Shown here piece after piece: positions 9,198 to 16,670 of a DNA stretch of 62,986 nucleotides (position 1 is its first letter; each line of letters begins with the position of its first letter). The position numbers and the translations under genes were made by a program. This DNA is from Anaerolineae bacterium (GTDB lineage: Bacteria; Chloroflexota; Anaerolineae; Anaerolineales; UBA6663): assembly GCA_037442085.1 (NCBI GenBank), contig JBBIQY010000006.1, positions 1-62,986 on the forward strand. Reading direction: 5' to 3'. The notes beneath the pieces are model-generated. The model worked only from the letters and a program-made list of their open reading frames with translations. It ran no database searches and was not told the DNA's origin.

Positions 9198-9866
9198 TTA
9201 CTCCACATACTCGCGCAACCATTCGGCGATCGCCTCCGGCGACACGGCCTCGCCGGTGACCGTGGCGGTGAACGACCCTTCCGCGAATTTCTCGGTCTCG
9301 CCGCAGGCGCGCGGCTCCGGCCCCGGCACCTCACCTTGCCCGATGAGTTCGCCCGTGCGCGCGGCATACAGGCGGATGACGGCGGTGAGCTGCACGCGAT
9401 TGAGCGTGGCCGTTGCGCCATCCTTCAGCGTGTACGCGCACTCTTCGATGAGGTAGGAGCCGGTGCCCACACAGGCCACCAGCGCAGCCTCTTCGATCAC
9501 GGCGGCGCGCCAGGCCTCGGGATAGTCTTCGGTGCGGATGTAATAGGTGGACAGGTCGGTCGAGCCGGCGATGTTGGAGCGTAAGACGACCAGCCGATGC
9601 GGGCCGCTGCCGGGCGCGTAGCTGGCGGCGGCGGTATTCCCGGCTGCGCCCGCGCACAGCTCCTTCAGCGGCTTCACCGACTCGAACGACGCTTGTTGGG
9701 TGGCTTTTGCCGGCGCCTGCGCTGCGCCCTCCAGTGCCAGGCCGCCCAGGATGAGGGCGCTGCACAGCAGCACTCCGCCGAGGATGCCCGCCGCGAGGTA
9801 GACCCGAAATTGAAGCAACTTCTTTTGAGCCGGGTCACTGACTTGATCAAAGGGATTGCGCAACAT
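9198..9866 (-). CDS. Hypothetical single-pass membrane protein with a Cys-containing extracellular domain
   Basis: GGAG RBS; one N-terminal TM helix; four Cys in the soluble domain; GC-rich third codon positions. Confidence 0.75.
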   Translation of the reverse strand: MLRNPFDQVSDPAQKKLLQFRVYLAAGILGGVLLCSALILGGLALEGAAQAPAKATQQASFESVKPLKELCAGAAGNTAAASYAPGSGPHRLVVLRSNIAGSTDLSTYYIRTEDYPEAWRAAVIEEAALVACVGTGSYLIEECAYTLKDGATATLNRVQLTAVIRLYAARTGELIGQGEVPGPEPRACGETEKFAEGSFTATVTGEAVSPEAIAEWLREYVE

Positions 9867-9893
9867 GGAACTTTCTCCGTTGGATGAATGTGC

Positions 9894-10095
9894 CTATCGA
9901 GCGATGAGAGGCAAATAGAGGCAATGGGTCGCGCACACGACGGGCGGTGCGGTCGGCGTGGGCGTGCAGGGCGAATCGGGCCCGGGTGTGCAGGGTGGCA
10001 GCGTCGCGGTCGGTGTTCTCGTCAACGGTTGTGGTGACGGTGATCGTGGCGGCGAGGGCGAGGCGAACGAGGTTGGCGGGGCGCGTGAGTTTCAT
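9894..10095 (-). pseudogene. Internally deleted cell-surface protein gene (CSLREA-like N-terminus joined out of frame to a Pro/Thr linker and LYLPLIAR end)
   Basis: Frame 1 reads MKLTRPANLVRLALAATITVTTTVDEN. After a one-base shift near 10014 it reads PTATLPPCTPGPDSPCTPTPTAPPVVCATHCLYLPLIAR-stop (TAG 9894-9896). Confidence 0.7.
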
Positions 10096-10120
10096 TGCGG
10101 GCCCGAATCATTCAGGGAGT

Positions 10121-10279
10121 TCAACGTTCACGGTCGCGGCGCAACGGCGCCAGCGCGTTGCCCATCAACAGCATCACATCGCGCGGCTCGGAGTGCCGGG
10201 CGGCGTAAAGCCAGAATCCAATCGCCGCGCCAACGGTTAACAGGGTCAAACCGATCTCAAGGAAACTTGAAAGGGACAT
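10121..10279 (-). CDS. 52-aa small membrane protein or remnant (MSLSSFLEIGLTLLTVGAAIGFWLYAARHSEPRDVMLLMGNALAPLRRDRER)
   Basis: Not in the ORF track; starts 12 nt after the globin stop; one clear TM helix; fills the gap in the array. Confidence 0.5.
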   Translation of the reverse strand: MSLSSFLEIGLTLLTVGAAIGFWLYAARHSEPRDVMLLMGNALAPLRRDRER

Positions 10280-10291
10280 GGGAAACTCTGC

Positions 10292-10699
10292 TCAATTCTG
10301 CGAAGCTTGAATCATCACATCCGCGACGAGGCCGTAGACCGCCGCCCACGCCTCGCGCACCGGCGGGGTGAAGTCGTCGCCCAGGCCCTGCTCGAGCGTC
10401 TTGAGCAGCGCCGCGCCGACCGTGGTGTAATGCTGCGCCTGCACGCCGTAACCGACGTGGCGGCGGGCCAGCGCTTTCAGCACGGGCACGAGCGTCTCCA
10501 AATCGTCGAGCTTGCCCACCGCCGCGCCGAGCATCTGCGTCAGCTTGTGGCCCTGCTCGGTCATATCGCCCTTGAAGAGCAGGCGCAGCGCCGGGTCGGC
10601 GGCGAACAGGTTTTGATAGAACAGCGCCGCGGCCTGCGGGGCGATGGGGACGACCTTGGCCCAGCTTTGGCGAACGAGGGTGATGGTGTCGGGGGTCAT
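10292..10699 (-). CDS. Single-domain globin (flavohaemoglobin-like globin domain)
   Basis: LVRQSWAKV, ALFYQNLF (TyrB10), LFKGDMTEQGHKL (GlnE7), LARRHVGYGVQAQHY (proximal His), EAWAAVY; AAGGA RBS. Confidence 0.95.
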   Translation of the reverse strand: MTPDTITLVRQSWAKVVPIAPQAAALFYQNLFAADPALRLLFKGDMTEQGHKLTQMLGAAVGKLDDLETLVPVLKALARRHVGYGVQAQHYTTVGAALLKTLEQGLGDDFTPPVREAWAAVYGLVADVMIQASQN

Positions 10700-10766
10700 G
10701 CCGTTGTCCTTTCCTGATTTGCGAACAGGATACGGACAGCGGCCCGCAGGCGCATCGGGAGGCGCA

Positions 10767-10802
10767 CCCTATATTGGGGATTTAGGTTCCCTATATTGGG
10801 GA
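10767..10802 (-). promoter_or_regulatory. Tandem 14-bp direct repeat, candidate operator for the LAL regulator
   Basis: ccctatattgggga at 10767-10780 and 10789-10802 (22-bp period), between the regulator stop and the globin start. Confidence 0.65.
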
Positions 10803-10864
10803 AGGGCCGGGGAGTTTTGGGGTCAGGGATAAACGCAAGCTGATGCGGATTTCACGGGCGGGGA

Positions 10865-13453
10865 TCAGGATTTGGGGAAAATCTGATGTTGCCGAGCGAG
10901 GTCAGCAGCGGCCTCGCGCGAGAGCACATCGAGCTTGGCGAGCACCGCGCTCACGTGATGGTCCACGGTCTTGGGGGAGAGGTGCAGCCGCGCGGCGATC
11001 TCGGCGTTGGTCAGGTTTTCGGCCAGCAGGGCGAGGATGTCGAGTTGGCGGGCGGTGAGGCCGAAGGGATTCTCGCGCGTGGCCGGACGCGGGCCGCGCG
11101 GCACCCTCAGCCCGGCGGCCTGCATCCGCTCGCGCAGCGCCTCAGCGGCGGGCCGCGCGCCGAGCCGGTCAAAGATCATGAGCGCGGCAGCCTGCGCCTC
11201 GGCGTCGCCGTCGGCCAGCGCGCGAGCCTGTTCGTATGGGCAGCCCAGCTTCTCCCAGGCAGCGGCCGCACCGCGCCAATCACCGGCGAGTTGTCGCGCG
11301 TACGGCTCGGCCATCCAGTCTTCCACCGTCACGCTCTCGCCCGCGCGCCACTGCCAGTACGCCAGCTCGCCAGCGAACCAGGGATGGCGAGTGCTCAATG
11401 CTAACTCGATAGCGGCGCGCGCTTCTTCGATGGTACGGGCGCGGTCGCCGGCCAGCCAGGCCGCCTCGGCCCGCGCGCCGCGCACCAGCGCCACGCGATG
11501 CAGGCTGCTCATATCGCGCAGCAGTTCGAGCGCCTCGTCCAACACAATCGGCGCGATGGAGTCACCGCGCCGCGCGCGAACGTAGCCGAGCGCGGCCAGA
11601 GCCGTGACGCGGCTGGTGGCCGAGACGCCCGCCGGCTGCAAGACGAGGCCCGCCGTATCCACCGCCTCATCCCACCGGCCCAGCCGCAGGTGCGTCATCG
11701 CCTGCCAGGCCAGCATATACAGCCGGTAACGTTCGTGCCCGTGCTCGGCGGTGTAGGCCAATCCCTCGCGCGTCGTCTGTTCGGCGATGTCGAAGCGATA
11801 CAGTTCGCTCGAGGCCGAGCTCAAATTGGCGTAAGCGTGCGCGGCCACCATCACCTGCCCGGCCTCGCGCGCGGCGCGGATGGCGTCCGTCAAGATCTGC
11901 CGCCCGCGCTCGTAATCGAGTTGCAGCCAGGCCGAGCCGAGCGGCACCTGAGTCGCGAGCACCAGGCTGTCGTCGTTGAACTGTTTGGCGAGGGCGATGG
12001 CGCGTTCGCCCCACTCAATCGCCTCGGCGTTTTGCTGATTGAGCATCAACAGTCCGGCGCGGATGCGATAGACGAGGGCCAGCGCGCGGCCCGGCGGCTG
12101 CGCCTCGAGCAGGGCCACGGCCTCGGCGCACGCTAGCTCGGCGGCGCGGGTGTTGCCGAGGCCGTTGTACAAAATGGCCGTGTGCGCCAGCGTCTCGCCG
12201 AGTTGCACCGGTCGCCCCAGTTCGCGCCACAGGGCGGCGGCCTTTTGCCGCGCAGCCAGCCCCGCGGCGCGCTTGTCAATCGAGTTGCACTCGTCGGCGT
12301 AGGCGTCGAGCAGCTCGGCGTGCGCTTCAGGGGAGAGCGCCTCCGCGTAACGCAGCGCCAGCGCGTACAACGCTGCCGCTTCGCGGTGCGCGCCGGCCGC
12401 CGAAGCCTTGCGGGCTGCAGCGGGCGCATACTCGAGCGTGGCCTCGCGGTCCCCGGCGCCCTCGGCGTGGTGGGCGAGGCGCGGCAGGTCGTGCCGCGCG
12501 GCGGGCAGCGCCCGCAGGGCGTCGAGGGTCATGCGGTGCAGCGACAGTTTCTGCGGCGGCCGAATCGTTTCGAGGATGGTCTGCCGTGCCAGTTCGTGAC
12601 GAAAGGCGAGCGTGTCAGTGTGCGCGACGAGCATCCCCAGCGCCAGGCATTCCTCGCTCGCGCCCGCCTCCGCGCCGGTGAGCTGATTGAGCAGCCACGG
12701 CTCGACGCGTGGGCCGATGATGGCCGCGGCCCGTAACACGGCCTGCGCCGAATCTGACAGCCGGCTGGCGCGCGCCAGCACCGCATCGCGCATGGTGGCC
12801 GGAAGCCCGCCGCCCGCTTTCAGCACCTCGGTGATGAAGAACGGATTGCCGCCGGTCTGCCGGTGGAGCGCGGCCACATCCAGCCGCCGCTCGCCGACCA
12901 GTTCACGCGCTGCCGCCTCGGTGAGCGGCGCGAGCGGGATGCGGCGTGTGACGCCCGGCGCGGTCAAATCCCCGAGCACGGTGCGCAGCGGGTGGCGCGG
13001 GCTGAGTTCGTCGTCGCGATAGGTGAGCACGAGCAACGCGCGGGTGCGGGCGATGCGCCGCCCGAGGAAGCGCAACAAATCGAGCGTGGCCTCGTCCGCC
13101 CAGTGCACATCCTCGAACACGACGATGGTCGGCTGCTCGTGCAGCTCGGCGAGCACGGCGGAGAAGATGGCGTTGCGGTGGCCATCGCCGTCAAGCAGGC
13201 GGAGGAGCGGCCCACGCGTTTGCGCGGCGATGTCGTACAGCGGGCCGAGCGGGCGCGGGGTGAAGAGCGCGTCGCAGGCGCCCCACAGCACGCGCAGCGA
13301 TTTAGGCTGGGAGCGGAGGAAGTGCTCGACCAGGGCGGTCTTGCCGATGCCGGCCTCGCCGCTGACCAGCGCCAGGCGGCCCTCACCAGCCAGCGCCTCC
13401 TTCAGCGCCGATTCGAGTTCGCGCAGTGGTTGGTCACGTTCGAGCAGTTCCAT
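10865..13453 (-). CDS. Large ATP-binding LuxR-family (LAL; AAA_16-TPR-HTH) transcriptional regulator
   Basis: LLERD start, Walker A GEAGIGKT, Walker B VVFEDVHWADEATL, TGGNPFF, FRHELAR, helical repeats, C-terminal LTARQLDIL..LTNAEIAARLHLSPKTVDHHVSAVLAKL. Alternative start 13468. Confidence 0.95.
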   Translation of the reverse strand: MELLERDQPLRELESALKEALAGEGRLALVSGEAGIGKTALVEHFLRSQPKSLRVLWGACDALFTPRPLGPLYDIAAQTRGPLLRLLDGDGHRNAIFSAVLAELHEQPTIVVFEDVHWADEATLDLLRFLGRRIARTRALLVLTYRDDELSPRHPLRTVLGDLTAPGVTRRIPLAPLTEAAARELVGERRLDVAALHRQTGGNPFFITEVLKAGGGLPATMRDAVLARASRLSDSAQAVLRAAAIIGPRVEPWLLNQLTGAEAGASEECLALGMLVAHTDTLAFRHELARQTILETIRPPQKLSLHRMTLDALRALPAARHDLPRLAHHAEGAGDREATLEYAPAAARKASAAGAHREAAALYALALRYAEALSPEAHAELLDAYADECNSIDKRAAGLAARQKAAALWRELGRPVQLGETLAHTAILYNGLGNTRAAELACAEAVALLEAQPPGRALALVYRIRAGLLMLNQQNAEAIEWGERAIALAKQFNDDSLVLATQVPLGSAWLQLDYERGRQILTDAIRAAREAGQVMVAAHAYANLSSASSELYRFDIAEQTTREGLAYTAEHGHERYRLYMLAWQAMTHLRLGRWDEAVDTAGLVLQPAGVSATSRVTALAALGYVRARRGDSIAPIVLDEALELLRDMSSLHRVALVRGARAEAAWLAGDRARTIEEARAAIELALSTRHPWFAGELAYWQWRAGESVTVEDWMAEPYARQLAGDWRGAAAAWEKLGCPYEQARALADGDAEAQAAALMIFDRLGARPAAEALRERMQAAGLRVPRGPRPATRENPFGLTARQLDILALLAENLTNAEIAARLHLSPKTVDHHVSAVLAKLDVLSREAAADLARQHQIFPKS

Positions 13454-13617
13454 CACACCGATTGGCACAGGACGCCCCAGGCTCGACGCCGCAGCGTCTT
13501 ACTCAAGACCTTGAACATCGCCAGGCGTGCCGTAGCCGTAGGCGCAGGGTGACTGAGTTTGAGTTGCTGTGAGACGGAGGTGCACGCGGCACGCACGCGC
13601 CGACGGCTTGCTGGTGC

Positions 13618-13645
13618 AAAAAAAAGCCCGGCTAGCGCGCCGGAC
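13618..13645 (-). terminator. Rho-independent terminator after the response regulator gene
   Basis: Minus strand reads ccggc-gcgcta-gccgg-gc followed by T8. Confidence 0.75.
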
Positions 13646-13671
13646 ATCTTCTCCGGGATGGGCGTGGCCGC

Positions 13672-14334
13672 TCAGGCTGCGTCCAGGCGATACCCCTGGC
13701 CGCGGATCGTCCGCAGGTAGCGGGGCTTGCGCGGGTTAGGCTCAATCACATTGCGGAGCCAGGAGATGTGTACATCCAGCGTCCGTGTATCGCCGACGTA
13801 ATCTGTGTCCCAGACGTGCTTGATGATCTCCTTGCGGGTGAGCAGGCGGCCCGGCGCGCGCAGAAACATCTCCAGCAGTTGTGCTTGTTTGGGGGTGACG
13901 CGTTCCTCGCGCTCGCCACAGCGGATGCGCTTTTGCGCCAGGTTGAGCCGGATCGGGCCGACCTGCAACGACGCGCCCTCTTCCGCCGGCAACAGCCGCG
14001 CGACCGTGTTAAGCAGTTTGCGCGCCGTGAAGGGCGTGGTCAGGATGACCGACGCGCCGCAGTTGGCGTCCGGCGGGTTTTTCTTATCCGCCACCAGCAG
14101 AATCGGCGTGCCGTTGAGCTGCGCCCGCAGCTGGCGGCACATGCGCGCCCCGCTGGTCTTCAGCGATGCTGCATCCAGCACCACGACATCCGGTGTGAAA
14201 GTGCTGGTGCGTTTGATGGCCGCCGGCGCGGAGTGTTCGATGGCGACGGTGTAACCCCGTTTCTCGAGCGCTGGTTGGAAGGATGGCGCTGTCATGCGCT
14301 CATTTTCCAACAGGAGGACTTTTGCGTTTGCCAT
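13672..14334 (-). CDS. OmpR/PhoB-family response regulator with a degenerate receiver domain
   Basis: C-terminal winged helix (VWDTDYVGDTRTLDVHISWLR..IE..P..PRYLRTIRGQGYRL). Receiver keeps VVVLD but has LLLENE, LVAD and TPF in place of KPF. Confidence 0.9.
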   Translation of the reverse strand: MANAKVLLLENERMTAPSFQPALEKRGYTVAIEHSAPAAIKRTSTFTPDVVVLDAASLKTSGARMCRQLRAQLNGTPILLVADKKNPPDANCGASVILTTPFTARKLLNTVARLLPAEEGASLQVGPIRLNLAQKRIRCGEREERVTPKQAQLLEMFLRAPGRLLTRKEIIKHVWDTDYVGDTRTLDVHISWLRNVIEPNPRKPRYLRTIRGQGYRLDAA

Positions 14335-14411
14335 AGTCGTGCCTGCTGTTGAACCGGACAGCCGCTTTACGCCCAGCCTGATTGGGCTTGACGTCCGAGT
14401 AAGCGGCAGGC

Positions 14412-14440
14412 ATTATAACGAGACTCGCCCCCACAGGCAA
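14412..14440 (-). promoter_or_regulatory. Sigma70-type promoter for the response regulator
   Basis: Minus strand TTGCCT-17 nt-TATAAT. Confidence 0.65.
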
Positions 14441-14526
14441 GCGTGTCATTAACATTGATCAGCGCACCCTCAAACGGATTTTATCCGGGACGAAAACTCC
14501 GGTCTGGGTTAGAATCAGTGTGCCCG

Positions 14527-15543
14527 ATGACTTCAGCTCAGCCGATTGACTATCTCTTCGCCGGCGGTTTGCGCGAAGACTACTGCATCAGCGCCGGCGG
14601 CGAGGTGCGTTTGCGGGAGATGGGCGGTAATGCGCTCTATGCCGCCGTCGGTGCGCGCGTCTGGACGAAGCGCGTCGGGCTGTTGGCGCGCGTCGGCAAC
14701 AACTATCCGGTTGAGTGGTTGAAGTCATTCAACGAGCACGGCCTGGACACGCGCGGCGTGAAGGTGTTGGAGATGCCGCAAGACACGCGCACCTTCTACG
14801 CCTATCGTTCGCTCGAAGAGCGCGACGACACCAACCCGGCTGAGCACTTCCAGCGGCTGGGCTTGCCGCTGCCCGAAGCGCTGATTGGCTACGTCTCCTC
14901 GACCAATGGCCAGGAGGAACGCAATCGCTTCGGGCCGCTGGCTGTGCGTCCCAACGAGACGCCGCGCAGTTACCTGCATGCGCGGGGCGCGCATCTCGCG
15001 CCGTGCGAGTACATCGTGCATCAAACGTTGCCGGCCACGCTGCGGCGCAATGGCGTGCGTTTCATCACGTGTGATCCGTCGGTGCGTTACATGCAGCCGG
15101 CCTTCGCCGATGCGGTGAAGCAGGTCGTCAGCGGCCTGGACGCCTTTTTGCCTTCCGAGATGGAGGTGCGCGCCCTCTTCGGCGAGGCGTTGACCGACCT
15201 GTGGGCGGCGGCAGAGGCCTTCGGGGCAATGGGCGCGCGGCTGGTGATCATCAAGCTCGGCGCGCGCGGGCAGAACGTGTATGAAACGGCAACGCGCCGT
15301 AAATGGCATGTGCCGGCATACCCCGCGCGGGTGCGCGACGTGACCGGCGCCGGCGATGCCTATTGCGGCGGCTTTCTGGTGGGCCTGGCGGAGACGGAAG
15401 ACCCGGTGGAGGCGGCGCTGCGCGGCACGGTGTCTGCCTCCCTCGTCGTCGAAGGCGTCGGCGCACTCTACGCTCTGGACAGCGCCGCCGGCCTGGCGCA
15501 GGCCCGGCTGGACTCGCTGCGTCACTCCATCCGTATTCTCTAG
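14527..15543 (+). CDS. PfkB-family carbohydrate kinase
   Basis: MGGNALYAAVG, VIIKLGARG, DVTGAGDAYCGGFL signature; start at ATG 14527 downstream of TAGAAT. Confidence 0.92.
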   Translation: MTSAQPIDYLFAGGLREDYCISAGGEVRLREMGGNALYAAVGARVWTKRVGLLARVGNNYPVEWLKSFNEHGLDTRGVKVLEMPQDTRTFYAYRSLEERDDTNPAEHFQRLGLPLPEALIGYVSSTNGQEERNRFGPLAVRPNETPRSYLHARGAHLAPCEYIVHQTLPATLRRNGVRFITCDPSVRYMQPAFADAVKQVVSGLDAFLPSEMEVRALFGEALTDLWAAAEAFGAMGARLVIIKLGARGQNVYETATRRKWHVPAYPARVRDVTGAGDAYCGGFLVGLAETEDPVEAALRGTVSASLVVEGVGALYALDSAAGLAQARLDSLRHSIRIL

Positions 15544-15560
15544 CCTGTTGGTGATCCCGC

Positions 15561-16670
15561 ATGTCCATGCTGTCCGACCGCGTCCTCGATCTGGCCTGCG
15601 CCATCCAGCAAATCCCCGCACCCACGTTTCACGAACACCAGCGGGCCGCCTTTGTTCGCCAGCACTTCCAGGCGCTCGGCTTGAGCGATGTCGAGACCGA
15701 CGACCTGGGGAACGTCTTTGCACGTCGGCCCGGTCAGGGCAGCGCGGCCCCGGTGCTCGTCACCGCCCATACCGACACCGTCTTCCCGATCCACACCCCG
15801 TTGACCCTCACCCGCGGGGCGGAGCGTATTCATGGCCCGGGCATCGGCGACAATGCGCTGGGCGTGGCCGGCTTGTTCGCGCTGGCTTGGATGCTGGCCG
15901 AGGCGCCTGTGCCGGGCGATGTCTGGCTGGCGGCGAACGTGGGGGAGGAAGGCCTGGGCGACTTGCGCGGCATGCGGCGCGTGGTCGAACGCTTCGGCGA
16001 CCGGGTCAAGGCCACCATCGTGCTGGAGGGCATGGCGCTCGGCCACATTTATCACAGCGGCATCGGCGTCCGGCGCTACCGTTTTGTCGCCATGGCCGAG
16101 GGCGGCCATAGCTGGCTCAACTTCGGGCGCCCCTCGGCCATTCACGTGCTGCTGCGCCTCGGGGCCGACCTGACGCAATTGACCGTCCCCCAACAGCCCA
16201 AGACCACATTCAACATTGGCACCGTGACGGGCGGCACCTCCGTCAACACGATTGCGCGCGAGGCCTCGCTGGATTTGGATCTGCGCTCCGAGACGTCGGC
16301 TGCGCTCGAGGCGTTAGACGCGCAGGTGCAGACCTTTTACCGCGCGCACCAGCGCGCCGCCGAGGCCGCCAATGCGCAACTGACTATGCAGTGGATCGGC
16401 GACCGGCCCGGCGGTCGGCTCCCGCGCGACCATGTTCTGGTTCAGATTGCGGCTCAAGCACTCGAGGCCGTCGGCCTGACCCCCGCCTTCGACACCGGCT
16501 CCACCGACGCGAATATCCCCCTCAGCCAGAATCGCGCCTGCATCTGTATCGGCCTGACCCACGGCGGCAACGCGCATCGCCCCGACGAGTACATCGAGAC
16601 CGGGCCGCTGGCGCAGGGCTTGCAGGCGCTGCGCGCGACTGTCCTGGGCGCCCTGGCGCGGGTCAGCTAA
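15561..16670 (+). CDS. M20/M25/M40-family metallopeptidase
   Basis: VTAHTDTVF, GPGIGDN, VGEEGLG, GGTSVNTIA, GSTDAN, NAHRPDE. Confidence 0.92.
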   Translation: MSMLSDRVLDLACAIQQIPAPTFHEHQRAAFVRQHFQALGLSDVETDDLGNVFARRPGQGSAAPVLVTAHTDTVFPIHTPLTLTRGAERIHGPGIGDNALGVAGLFALAWMLAEAPVPGDVWLAANVGEEGLGDLRGMRRVVERFGDRVKATIVLEGMALGHIYHSGIGVRRYRFVAMAEGGHSWLNFGRPSAIHVLLRLGADLTQLTVPQQPKTTFNIGTVTGGTSVNTIAREASLDLDLRSETSAALEALDAQVQTFYRAHQRAAEAANAQLTMQWIGDRPGGRLPRDHVLVQIAAQALEAVGLTPAFDTGSTDANIPLSQNRACICIGLTHGGNAHRPDEYIETGPLAQGLQALRATVLGALARVS

